A DNA stretch of 64,000 nt from Deferribacterales bacterium (GCA_050253075.1 JBFWJS010000001.1:660675-724674); one strand, 5' to 3'. Shown: positions 10,151-19,327, counted from the first letter of the stretch. The notes: generated by a model not told the origin, from the letters alone. Made by a program: numbers and translations.

Positions 10151-11185
10151 TTATTTGATGATTATATCGTAGGCCTGTTTTGCCGTGGCTCTGCCTATCT
10201 TCTGTGCGGGGATACCGTTTTCCAGAAGTTCGCTGAGGAGCGCACCGCTCTCAGACTCGGGTATTGCCATGAGCAGACCGCCTGATGTCTGCGGGTCGAA
10301 GAATACCATGTGGGCGTTGTCGCCCTTCTTTTCATAGAGGCATTTGCCTTCCAGATAATCCATGTTTGAATACGCACCTGCGGGGATGATGAAGTTCTTC
10401 GCATATTCGAATGCGCCCTCTAGGGTGTATGTAGCTTTGGAGTCTATCTCTATGGTGACGCCTGAGCCGGATGCCATTTCGTATGAGTGGCCTGCCATAC
10501 CGAAGCCCGTGACGTCTGTACATGCGTGTACATTGTGCTTACGCATAATGCGTGAAGCAGTTCCGTTGCTCATGAGCATAACGTCTGTCACTGCGGCTAT
10601 GTCTGCCTTAGACGCTTCCTGAGCTTTCAGCGCTGTCGATATCAGCCCGATGCCGAGGGGCTTTGTATATATGAGTACGTCCCCTTCCTTAGCGCCGACG
10701 TTTTTATATATCTTTCCGTCTGTTATCTTACCTGTTATGGAGAAGCCGAGCTTGATCTCAGGGTCGTCCACCGTGTGTCCGCCTGCGAGGGCACAGCCCG
10801 CTTTATTGAACTCGTCCACTGCTCCCTGCAGCATTTCTCTGATGACATCACCGCCTATGGAGCAGTTATACAGCAGGACGCTGAGGGCTGTGACAGGGTC
10901 TCCGCCCATTGCGTAGACGTCGCTTATAGAATTGAGCGCAGAGATACGGCCAAAGCTGTACGGGTCGTCCACCACAGGGGTGATGAAGTCCACCGTCTGG
11001 ACAAGGTAAAGCCCGTTGCCCATATCGAACACACCTGCATCGTCACCGGTCTCAAAGCCGACAAGCAGCTCGTCCGGTCTGTTGATCTTCAGGCCATGAA
11101 GTGTTTCTGCGAGGTCCGCCGGACCCATCTTAGCGGCTCAGCCGGCGGCTTTAGCGTATGAGGTCAGCGGTCTATTTGTTCTCAT
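10151..11185 (-). CDS. selD: Selenide, water dikinase, selenocysteine-containing (344 aa)
   Basis: Reads MRTNRPLTSYAKAAG-UGA-AAKMGPADL from ATG 11185 (RBS GGAG), with UGA at 11140..11138. Also DDAGV, QTVDFITP, GGHT, DVTGFG and DPQTSGGLL. The ORF track starts it too late, at 11128. Confidence 0.95.
11112..11126 (-). promoter_or_regulatory. Putative SECIS element of selD
   Basis: GGGTCC-GGC-GGACCT hairpin with a G-first loop 17 nt after the UGA. Confidence 0.6.
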
Positions 11186-11250
11186 TTCCACTCCGGATAA
11201 ATTCATAAATTTTATGCTGTTACGGCAAAAAATTTATCAGACTCTAAAAC

Positions 11251-11279
11251 AAAAGGGCGTACTAAGTGTAGTACGCCCT
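11251..11279 (-). terminator. Intrinsic terminator after the aminotransferase gene
   Basis: GGGCGTACTA-N4-TAGTACGCCC stem with a T tract on the minus strand. Confidence 0.7.
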
Positions 11280-11293
11280 GTCAGATTTATATT

Positions 11294-11362
11294 GTCATTG
11301 CGAGGAGCTAAGGGCGACGTGGCAGCCTTAGTCTAAGACTGCTTCGCTGTGCTCACAGTGAC
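11294..11362. repeat. Palindromic repeat, copy 2
   Basis: GTCATTGCGAGGAG...CGACGTGGCAG...CTGCTTCG...CTCACAGTGAC. Confidence 0.8.
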
Positions 11363-11367
11363 GTTTA

Positions 11368-12675
11368 TTATTTGCTAAGTTCGCCGCAAGCCTGATAGAT
11401 GATTCTGAAAAGGTCATCTGTGTCGGCTTCGTCGAGGCAAGAGAAAGCAAGACGGAAGTCTGTCTTATTAACAGAGATACCGCCCACGCCGTATTTATCG
11501 AGGAGATAAACACGAAGCTCTTCTGCGTCGACTTTGAGCAGCTTAAGGCACATAAAGTAGCCTGAGTTGAAAGGATATGCAACGAACTGGTCGGAGAAGT
11601 CGTTCTCAGCCAGAACTCTTTTAAAGCTCTTCGCACGGCCTCTCATTATCTCAACCTTCGCAGCACGCTCAGCGTCGAACTCTGTGTTTTCCAGAGCACG
11701 GAGCATGATGGACTGTGAGCTGTGAGGACAGTTAGAGATTGTACCTCTGATGAGTCCTGTCACTTTCTTTTCCAGAGCTGCCATCATAGCAGACTGGTCA
11801 GAGCCGTTTGTAGCGCCGAATGTGATGAAGCCTACACGGAGACCCCATACGAAGTGTTCTTTTGTGGAACCGTCGAGTTTAACAGCGAGAAGGTTGTCGC
11901 TTCTGCCTGCGAGCAGACCGAAAACTGACTCAGGGTAAACATCGTCTTCGTAAAAGAGACCGAAGTATGCGTCGTCTGTAACGGCAACAATTTTTGTTCC
12001 TGCTTCAGCGATCTCTACAAGTCCGTCTGCGATAGCTTTTGCTTCGGCTGTTGTCGGAGCGTAGCCTGACGGGTTGTTAGGGAAGTTGAGTATTACTACT
12101 ATCTTTCCGTTGAGTGCTGCGGATTCGCGGCATTTTTCAAGGAGAGCTTCAACATCGAAGCCGCCCTGCTCGTTGAATGTATTGTATGTAGCTATCTCTG
12201 CTCCGCCCATGGTGGAGAATGTCAGCCTGTAGTTGCCCCAGAACATAGCAGGGAGCACAAGTGTGTCGCCTCTGTCGAGGAAAACGTCGCTCACGATCTT
12301 AAGACCGTGTGTCAGTGCGTTTGTGACCACAGGGAGAGATATGCCTGCCTTCAGCGAAGGAGTGTCGTGCTTGATCTTCTCTTTCCATACTTTACGCAGC
12401 TCAGGCTTACCGGAGGACGGTGCGTATGGGAAGATGTCTTTAGGCTCCATATCAGTAAAGCACTGGTAAACGCTGTCGAGGAACATTGGGCCGTTCTTAT
12501 CCGTAGCAATACCGATAGTGACATTATATTTATGAGCTTTTTCTTTAGCTTCTGCAGATTGTGTAATTATGCCTTTAGGCATAAACAGGTTCTTACCCAG
12601 GTCTGAAAGCATGTCCAGAACAGCAGGGTTGTCTTTTGCAATAATCTCGTTTAGCTCTTTCGCTAATGCATTCAC
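11368..12675 (-). CDS. Class I/II PLP-dependent aminotransferase
   Basis: Motifs LNFPNNPSGY, TDDAY, DGSTKE..WGLRVG and PFNSGYF. Confidence 0.88.
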   Translation of the reverse strand: MNALAKELNEIIAKDNPAVLDMLSDLGKNLFMPKGIITQSAEAKEKAHKYNVTIGIATDKNGPMFLDSVYQCFTDMEPKDIFPYAPSSGKPELRKVWKEKIKHDTPSLKAGISLPVVTNALTHGLKIVSDVFLDRGDTLVLPAMFWGNYRLTFSTMGGAEIATYNTFNEQGGFDVEALLEKCRESAALNGKIVVILNFPNNPSGYAPTTAEAKAIADGLVEIAEAGTKIVAVTDDAYFGLFYEDDVYPESVFGLLAGRSDNLLAVKLDGSTKEHFVWGLRVGFITFGATNGSDQSAMMAALEKKVTGLIRGTISNCPHSSQSIMLRALENTEFDAERAAKVEIMRGRAKSFKRVLAENDFSDQFVAYPFNSGYFMCLKLLKVDAEELRVYLLDKYGVGGISVNKTDFRLAFSCLDEADTDDLFRIIYQACGELSK

Positions 12676-12888
12676 AATGCACCTCCATTTAAAAAGGCAA
12701 AAGTACCCTATTAATAGAACAATGGCATAGCCTTGTCTATAGAAATTTCCTGTGTATGAAAGGTATAATGATGTTATTATCGGTAATAGGCATGATAAAT
12801 ATATGACTTGAAATTAATTTTTAAGGAGCAGATATTATTAGCCTATGATATCAGGTATAAAAGTTTTTCATAGTATAAGGAGGTTATA

Positions 12889-13398
12889 ATGAATTTTGCA
12901 CTGATCGGCGCACTCAAGACAGCATACGAGGCTGAAAAAGAGGGGATGCGCTCTTACCTTAAATTCGCTAAAGAAACAAATGTGGCAGGCGGAAAGGATA
13001 TGTTTATCCAACTCGCCCTCGACGAAGTAGACCACATGGAGATCATCCAGAAATTCATGGAAAAAACTCTCACAGGCGAGACATTCACTACTGTAGAAGT
13101 TCCCGCAGGCAGACTTTCTAAAATTATGCCTAATGTTCAGGATGCTTCCCGTCAGAAGATAGACAAAGCGAGCGTCTCCGATGAGCAGGCTCTTAAGATC
13201 GCTATGGAGCAGGAAATCAAAGCGAAGGACTTCTACCTCGCTGAAGCTGCAAAGGCGGAAGATGCTGCTGTTAAAGAGATGTTTGAGAAACTCGCAGGCG
13301 TAGAGCAGAAGCACTACGACATCCTTAAGGCCGAGCTGGACTTCATGGCTGAGGACGGTTTCTGGTTTGATGCGATGGAGTTTTCCCTCGAAAAATAA
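12889..13398 (+). CDS. Rubrerythrin/ferritin-like diiron protein
   Basis: Duplicated E..(Y)..E-x-x-H pattern (AEKEG..DEVDH; QEIKA..VEQKH); RBS AAGGAGG. Confidence 0.8.
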   Translation: MNFALIGALKTAYEAEKEGMRSYLKFAKETNVAGGKDMFIQLALDEVDHMEIIQKFMEKTLTGETFTTVEVPAGRLSKIMPNVQDASRQKIDKASVSDEQALKIAMEQEIKAKDFYLAEAAKAEDAAVKEMFEKLAGVEQKHYDILKAELDFMAEDGFWFDAMEFSLEK

Positions 13399-13423
13399 TT
13401 TCGAAAAATTCTTTGATAAGTTG

Positions 13424-13452
13424 TTGACAAAGGCGGAGAGTATTGATATATT
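13424..13452 (+). promoter_or_regulatory. Sigma70 promoter of tRNA-Asn
   Basis: TTGACA-17 bp-TATATT, preceded by TAAGTTG as in the rrn promoters P2 and P3. Confidence 0.75.
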
Positions 13453-13471
13453 CTCCGTCTGTTACAGATAA

Positions 13472-13544
13472 TCCCCGATAGCTCAATCGGCAGAGCAATT
13501 GACTGTTAATCAATAGGTTGCTGGTTCAAGTCCAGCTCGGGGAG
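13472..13544 (+). tRNA. tRNA-Asn(GTT), CCA not encoded
   Basis: Acceptor stem TCCCCGA/TCGGGGA, D arm GCTC/GAGC, anticodon arm ATTGA-CTGTTAA-TCAAT, T arm GCTGG-TTCAAGT-CCAGC. Confidence 0.97.
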
Positions 13545-13547
13545 TTT
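13499..13547 (+). repeat. att site (tRNA-proximal)
   Basis: TTGACTGTTAATCAATAGGTTGCTGGTTCAAGTCCAGCTCGGGGAGTTT; 47/49 identical to 39092-39140. Confidence 0.95.
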
Positions 13548-13548
13548 T

Positions 13549-13577
13549 AAAAGCCCTTCATTACGAAGGGCTTTTTT
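13549..13577 (+). terminator. Intrinsic terminator for tRNA-Asn supplied by the island (probably bidirectional)
   Basis: AAAAGCCCTTC-ATTAC-GAAGGGCTTTTTT. Confidence 0.85.
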
Positions 13578-13614
13578 ATTTTGTGCAGTGTCTCGGATTT
13601 TATCAAAAAATTTC

Positions 13615-13636
13615 ATGTCAGCACTATGTAAGCAGT
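13615..13636 (+). promoter_or_regulatory. Putative integrase arm-type sites, left
   Basis: Tandem ATGTCAGCACT-ATGTAAGCAGT, matching 38957-38978. Confidence 0.7.
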
Positions 13637-13651
13637 GTTTTTTTAACATTA

Positions 13652-13897
13652 TCATTTTGACCCCATCGCAATCATGCACATGAGCTGGCATTCCCTGAAA
13701 AGCAAGTTGCCTCCTGACTTGGTATGCGGAATCTTATCCTTACTGCTCCAGTTATAAATGGTCTGCGGAGCCTTCCCTAATAATCTTGCCGCATCTTCAG
13801 TTTTCAGCATGTTCTTTTCCATATTCTTATACGGACACACTGAATTGGAACGGTAAATACATTTATCGCAATGGTGTAAAAGTGTCTCACTTTTCAT
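13652..13897 (-). CDS. Helix-turn-helix excisionase-like protein (recombination directionality factor)
   Basis: MLKTEDAARLLGKAPQTIYNW...IPHTKSGGNLLF; next to the att site; RBS GGAGG. Confidence 0.75.
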   Translation of the reverse strand: MKSETLLHHCDKCIYRSNSVCPYKNMEKNMLKTEDAARLLGKAPQTIYNWSSKDKIPHTKSGGNLLFRECQLMCMIAMGSK

Positions 13898-14133
13898 CTG
13901 TACTCGCCTCCTGTTAATAAAAGGCTACTGATTTATTGAAAGTAAAAATGTGGTATTTTGGAATTTCAGTAACTTTTTTTGGCAGGAATATTTTTTTAAT
14001 TTTATGCGGTTTATAGCTTAGAATGCTATATTTTGTATTTGTAACTGTCTGGTGTGTATTCGTAATCTAAGAATGTGGTTTTTTGGAGAAAGAGATGAAA
14101 CGAAGTGCCCCCGTTATGAGGGCACAATTATCT

Positions 14134-15159
14134 TTATTCTTTTCTTTCAAAATTCTGCTTTAAGAATTCATCAATACCTCTGTTCTCATCATTGATTTTT
14201 TCTTGAGGATTGATGTAGTGACCAGGGAGTAGGTGACTCTGATCAACAACTCCTTCTTTCGCAATTATGCTATATGCAGTTTTAAGCTCACCATACTTGT
14301 TTCTGAATTGTCGATGAACTTGAAATTTGACGAAAAATGGGTTTGCGCTAGAGATACACTGCATTATTTGGTTGTCTGGTAGAAATGTACGTACGATTTT
14401 CGATAAAGTATAATTATCGACAAAGACAAAATTACCACCATGATATGCACAATATGCATTCAGGTCGTATATTACTCCCATATCTTTACTGATGTCGGTA
14501 ACTTTACCGTGCTCTTGTACATATTGCTGATAATAAGCTCCGTCATCCTGCTTTCTGGGATGTGATGTTGCCTTGCCGAAGATGAGACCGAATCTTGAGT
14601 CGAGGAACTCAACCAGAGGTTTGTCTTTATCATTTCCGATAGTTTTAAGCTGGTTTTTAGTCAATGCTGGTGGCTCTGCAACAGTTCCTGTCACATTGAC
14701 AAAGAGTTTGTTATGAGATTTGCCAACCTGAGCCTGAGAGCGTGCTCCAGTGACAACTGTATCTACTACGAATTCGTGTTTGCCTCCGGTGCAGAACCAA
14801 TAGGTACTTTGATAATCCGCAGTTTTCTGAAGAGCCTGGCCAGTGAATGAGTCTGTAACTTTTGCGATTGTTTTACCGCCGGAAGCCTCGCATATGTTAT
14901 GCAACTCTTTATTAACACGACCAAACCAGTAGCCATCAGTAAGAATCGTTACAGTTCTGTCACCTAAGTTCAGGTAATCAACCGGGTGGCTTGCATACAA
15001 AAAGCCAACACTGTCTATATTTGCGATTTTAGTCCTGAGTGTGTTCGGAGCGTGAGCCCCATCAGGTGATTTGTCATTATCAAGTATGGATAGATGAGTG
15101 CCTGTTGTAGCGCATCCCGCAAGTGTGAACACTAAAAATAAGATAATTAACCCTCTCAT
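14134..15159 (-). CDS. Hypothetical lipoprotein
   Basis: Lipobox LAGC after a hydrophobic signal peptide; RBS GGAGGA; 341 aa. Confidence 0.75.
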   Translation of the reverse strand: MRGLIILFLVFTLAGCATTGTHLSILDNDKSPDGAHAPNTLRTKIANIDSVGFLYASHPVDYLNLGDRTVTILTDGYWFGRVNKELHNICEASGGKTIAKVTDSFTGQALQKTADYQSTYWFCTGGKHEFVVDTVVTGARSQAQVGKSHNKLFVNVTGTVAEPPALTKNQLKTIGNDKDKPLVEFLDSRFGLIFGKATSHPRKQDDGAYYQQYVQEHGKVTDISKDMGVIYDLNAYCAYHGGNFVFVDNYTLSKIVRTFLPDNQIMQCISSANPFFVKFQVHRQFRNKYGELKTAYSIIAKEGVVDQSHLLPGHYINPQEKINDENRGIDEFLKQNFERKE

Positions 15160-15288
15160 ATAGTCCTCCGTAAATAATTTGAGAACAAAATACCAATATC
15201 TATGATTTACCTCAAGGAAAATATTTACCTATAGGGAAATGTAATCACAAATTAACTAGATGATAATCAGGCAATGTGAGGTTGCTTG

Positions 15289-15528
15289 ATGGATGAGTAT
15301 CAGGGTTTCTTAAAGCGTGTTTCTGACAATGTTAAGAAAATGAGGCTCGAACGTGGTAAAACCACCGAGGAGATAGCTTTTGAAGCTCTTGGGCATAGTT
15401 CTACAGCGTTCGTGAATCAGGCCGAAAACCTCAAAAACGGTAAACATTTTAATCTTAAACATCTGTATCTGCTGGCGAAGTATTATGATTGTACTGTCGA
15501 AGTCTTTTTGTCTGATACCGATATATAA
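15289..15528 (+). CDS. XRE-family HTH regulator
   Basis: NVKKMRLERGKTTEEIA..FVNQAEN..FNLKHLYLLA. Confidence 0.8.
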   Translation: MDEYQGFLKRVSDNVKKMRLERGKTTEEIAFEALGHSSTAFVNQAENLKNGKHFNLKHLYLLAKYYDCTVEVFLSDTDI

Positions 15529-15821
15529 TGGATAGAAAATCAGTTTATTAATCTTAATCTTCATTTTTTTAATGTTCTCATTATTAATTTAGTCTTTAGA
15601 TCTGTCAAACTGACAAGTCGTGCAATCTTGCGCCATCTGCCACTTTGACAGATTCAGTTCACAGTAGAAATACCAGTCAAGATTCCTGTTCGTTTTCTGA
15701 GGCGTATTCAATGATTATATGAAATCAAGCTGAAGTTGTTTTTGTTAAGCAAATATATTGCTTTTTGCTTGTATTTTATTTATGTATAATATACAGTATA
15801 TTTAGAAGGCAGGAGGTATAT

Positions 15822-16037
15822 ATGTCATACAGAACAACAGTGCAGTGTCAGGCTTGCAGCAGTTTTGTGGTCCCAAAGCTGGATACTTATAATGGGCAGC
15901 CAGTGGCTACGCTTTGCCCGATTTGTGGGAATATAATCGAAGATTTTTCACCAGCCTGGGTAAAGTATATTCCGCATTTTATCGGCTTTATGCTTGCTGC
16001 TGCTTTTATATTTTGTGTTAAAGAAACATATTTCTAA
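15822..16037 (+). CDS. Small zinc-ribbon membrane protein
   Basis: CQAC and CPICG plus a C-terminal TM helix; RBS AGGAGG before ATG 15822. Confidence 0.65.
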   Translation: MSYRTTVQCQACSSFVVPKLDTYNGQPVATLCPICGNIIEDFSPAWVKYIPHFIGFMLAAAFIFCVKETYF

Positions 16038-16047
16038 GGCTAGACTT

Positions 16048-16236
16048 ATGGATACTTATGAAGAAGCTGAGTTCGAAAGAAGGTCGAATAATTTGCAGAG
16101 CTTATCAAGGCTTGCTGAGATGCTGTGCAATACGCTGGAGCTATCCAAGGATCCTGCCGATATGGCAATAGATATGGAGAAGGCTCTTGAGAAAAGCCTC
16201 AAGAATCATGGTATAATAAATAATGATAAGGAGTAA
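16048..16236 (+). CDS. Small acidic hypothetical protein
   Basis: ORF MDTYEEAEF... in operon-like spacing. Confidence 0.5.
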   Translation: MDTYEEAEFERRSNNLQSLSRLAEMLCNTLELSKDPADMAIDMEKALEKSLKNHGIINNDKE

Positions 16237-16239
16237 AAA

Positions 16240-16341
16240 ATGACATACGGAACATTTATCGTCTCTTTAACAATTGGCATGACAATAATCGCCGTCAGTA
16301 GTGTGGTAATTGAACACAAAATCAAGAGCAGGAAGAATTAA
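16240..16341 (+). CDS. 33-aa single-TM peptide
   Basis: RBS AAGGAG; MTYGTFIVSLTIGMTIIAVSSVVIEHKIKSRKN; below the ORF-track cutoff. Confidence 0.5.
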   Translation: MTYGTFIVSLTIGMTIIAVSSVVIEHKIKSRKN

Positions 16342-16850
16342 TCTTCCTGCTCATATAGTATAGCTTCATTGAATTTCTGTTGTAGATAACCATGTGAGAT
16401 TTTTGTCTTATGGTATTTGGCAATATATTCTGAGATCTCTCGCCAAGATAATCCCTCGCTGTAATACATATTTTTTATTTCATGAAACAAGGTCTCTTTA
16501 ATCAGTCGTGCTTTCCTGCTATCCTTCTTGCCTCTGCCAGCTTTTATTCTCTCCATACGTAGCTTATGAAGCTTCAGGGCTTCCTCTTCATTGAGGGCAT
16601 CTTTTGTTGCTTGCGCAGTCTCTACTCTCTTCATCGCTCTCAATGCCACTAAGTGCATGCCGTAGTAATACTCTGACGCTTTCTCTTTATCAAACCCGTC
16701 TTTGTTTTGTCTGGCCAGGTCTGTTTGCAGTTTAAATGACTCGATACGAATATTCTCAGGCAGCTTTGAATAGTATTTCACAAGAGAATTTGCCTCAGCG
16801 GTGCTGATTCCCGTTAGTTCCTTTATATATTCAGTATCGTATTTATACAT
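16338..16850 (-). CDS. Hypothetical DNA-binding protein with a TraK-like C-terminal HTH (start uncertain, 16850 or 16901)
   Basis: EIKNMYYSEGLSWREISEYIAKYHKTKISHGYLQQ resembles the TraK-type helical pattern. Confidence 0.5.
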   Translation of the reverse strand: MYKYDTEYIKELTGISTAEANSLVKYYSKLPENIRIESFKLQTDLARQNKDGFDKEKASEYYYGMHLVALRAMKRVETAQATKDALNEEEALKLHKLRMERIKAGRGKKDSRKARLIKETLFHEIKNMYYSEGLSWREISEYIAKYHKTKISHGYLQQKFNEAILYEQED

Positions 16851-17316
16851 GTTTACCAAGCCTTTAATAAAGTTCTTTTTGGATGGTCTTTCTGATGGCA
16901 CATCTAATAGATCATCAACTTTTCGTTAATGTATATTATACATTATTGAGTCAAAATCAATACAATGTTATTATGCACTTATGAGAGGGAGCATAATACA
17001 TCAGGTTCAGGAATTATTCAAGGAGTCCGATATTAACCGAATCGGCATGTAAAAGCAAACTTAGAAATCGAAAATACTGAGCATCTTACGGCAACATATA
17101 CAAGCATACCTATCACTGCAAATACAGTTAAAGCTCCAGAACATCTTTTCGTTTGCTGGATTTGAGCCAGCTCTTTTGTCTCCGCTATTTATTGATTACC
17201 TGCTGATCTATATTAACCGCATAATTTTTCTATTATCTGGCATTTGAATCAAAAAACCACAAAAATACATTTTTATTTCTCCTACATTAAGTAAGAAAAT
17301 ATGAAGGAGATTGAAC

Positions 17317-17811
17317 ATGCATAAAACCCTGACTCTGTATGAGATGACAATTAGGATGGAACATCTATATGACCTGCTTGAAGAGAACACAGACGAGATG
17401 CGTGACTTAGTTGATAACCAGAGTAAAAGATTAAAAAAGCACAGCCTTTATCTTGGGCTTAAATATTGTGTAAAAAGTAATCCTTGTTTACTTTGTCCAC
17501 ACAATTTCGAATGGCGTTATGTAAGAGAAGAATCATACATTAATCCTAAAACTGGACAGAGAAAAGGGATGGAGTTTGGCGTTCTAAAATTAAGCCCTTC
17601 AAGTCGAATAACAAAAAGGGAGCTTAGGATATATAGAGCTCTACATATGCGGGACATATTTAAAGAGCTTGATGATAAAAAAGACGCAATCATGAAAAGA
17701 CGAAAAATCCTCACCAACGCTATGAAAGAAATTTCACAAGTCTTACAAAGTTACGAAACTGCACTAAGAAAAGAATACAAAAAAGAAGAAGGTGAAATCA
17801 TTTTTGAATGA
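17317..17811 (+). CDS. Basic hypothetical protein with a CxxCPH..W motif
   Basis: RBS AAGGAG; followed by a hairpin at about 17837-17866. Confidence 0.65.
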   Translation: MHKTLTLYEMTIRMEHLYDLLEENTDEMRDLVDNQSKRLKKHSLYLGLKYCVKSNPCLLCPHNFEWRYVREESYINPKTGQRKGMEFGVLKLSPSSRITKRELRIYRALHMRDIFKELDDKKDAIMKRRKILTNAMKEISQVLQSYETALRKEYKKEEGEIIFE

Positions 17812-18679
17812 TAATCTTATATAGATGTAAGAAAATGACTGGCTATTTGACACTCTAAATAGCCAGTTCACTTAATATTTCTTAATATTCTCAATAAAAA
17901 ACTATCACATATAGCGTGACCCATTATAGATTTTGGTAAACATAGGTGAGCATGCGTTGATAACGCCAAGAAGTACCACCTAATGTACCATTGTACTATG
18001 ATGCAATATTGCATCAATCTGAACTAGAAAATTACTATAGAAAAATCATAAGACTCTGCAACACACTATGTAAATAAAATTGATCTCAAAAATCTGTGTA
18101 GCTAAAAGATAAGGCTTTTGCAGAAATAAATTTGCAAATGTTATACAAAAATTGCGTATATGGATATTCTTTGCAAAAGTCTTTGCATTTGCTGGACATT
18201 CGTGTCGCTAAAATCAATAATTAATCTTTAAAAATGAATAGTTAATGGTGGTTGACGAAATGTAGAAATTGAGGAAGTTAGGCTCAAAGAACAAGTAGTA
18301 GTAAAAATAACTGCTTCAGTGGCAGTTTTATGGATGCTCCGGTTGCAGGAATCTGAGTTATGACAATCGGTGGGATTCTGACAGACGTGATAGATATGGC
18401 TATAGCGATGCGTAGCGACCCTCTGTTTAGTAAAATTAACCGGACTGTGAGCCTTTGGTGGGCTATCTGGTTAGTGTTGGCATTCCATTTTAGTGTTGGA
18501 CGTTTTAGCGTTTATACGAACATTATTCCCTTTGGCTATATTGCTGTCACCTTTGTTTCCGAGTTTATAATATGTATGCAGTCCGAGCAATTGGATATAT
18601 GTAAACCTGTGATGTTATCTGTATTAGATTATGTAAAACAGATAATCATAATTAGATAATATGTGCTAGGTGTGTTTCG

Positions 18680-18922
18680 TCAAACATTGTACCTGAGTTT
18701 TTCCAGTATGATTTTTTCTATCTCCTCAGCATCAGGGTATCTTCTCTGTTCCAGCCTTGAGAAGGCTAATTTATCGTCAATATACACAGCGAACTCGCTT
18801 TTCTGCTGACCTGGTTTGATTTCTATTATCGCGGAGTCCATTCTGTTTTTCAGTTCTGCGGCGAGACCCGCCGCCAGAGGCTGATGGCCTCAGGAAGGGC
18901 AGAATTCTATTATTACTTTCAT
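18680..18922 (-). CDS. SelT/SelW/SelH (Rdx) family selenoprotein, 80 aa, CxxU
   Basis: RBS AAGGAG; MKVIIEFCPS-UGA-GHQPLAAGLAAELKN...GQQKSEFAVYIDDKLAFSRLEQRRYPDAEEI; UGA at 18892..18890; not in the ORF track. Confidence 0.92.
18855..18878 (-). promoter_or_regulatory. Putative SECIS element of the Rdx gene
   Basis: TCT(G)GCGGCG-GGTCT-CGCCGCAGA; G-first loop 21 nt after the UGA. Confidence 0.75.
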
Positions 18923-18935
18923 GATTTACTCCTTG

Positions 18936-19268
18936 TTATTTATTTTTATCCCGAATGCAGCACTTCGCGGCAGGCTTTGTGTTTTCATAGGATTCATTTC
19001 TCAGCAGATTAATGATACCGACCGCAAGCTGGCTGTCACAGATAAAGTAGCATCTCTGTGAACCATCCTGAGTAAAATCAACGATGCCCGCATTGCGGAG
19101 AACTGTGAGATGCTGCGAAATATTTGACTGTGAGAAAGGCAGTATGTCATGAATATCTGTAACACATTTTGTTCCATTATCCAGGAGCTCTATAACAATC
19201 TGGAGCCGAACAGGATGTCCCAGAGCTTTAAGAAGAGCAGACCAGTTTTTGTCAAATTTTACAGTCAC
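18936..19268 (-). CDS. ArsR/SmtB-family repressor (GTG start at 19268 or 19277)
   Basis: LKALGHPVRLQI, SQSNISQHLTVLRNAGIV and a C-terminal CC pair. Confidence 0.9.
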   Translation of the reverse strand: MTVKFDKNWSALLKALGHPVRLQIVIELLDNGTKCVTDIHDILPFSQSNISQHLTVLRNAGIVDFTQDGSQRCYFICDSQLAVGIINLLRNESYENTKPAAKCCIRDKNK

Positions 19269-19283
19269 AGCTGTCACTCCAGA

Positions 19284-19327
19284 TAATCATATTAGAATAT
19301 TCTAATATGATTAAGGCTTATTGTCAA
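19284..19327 (-). promoter_or_regulatory. Sigma70 promoter with an overlapping ArsR-type operator
   Basis: TTGACA-17 bp-TAGAAT; perfect 30-bp palindrome TAATCATATTAGAAT|ATTCTAATATGATTA at 19284-19313. Confidence 0.85.

Noticed and set aside
17108..17119. RP4-type nic site (ACCTATCACTGC vs ACCTATCCTGC)
   Set aside because: It needs an insertion in the conserved core; too weak to call
18360..18659. 99-aa plus-strand ORF
   Set aside because: No clear RBS or recognisable family, in degenerate AT-rich DNA; cannot be supported
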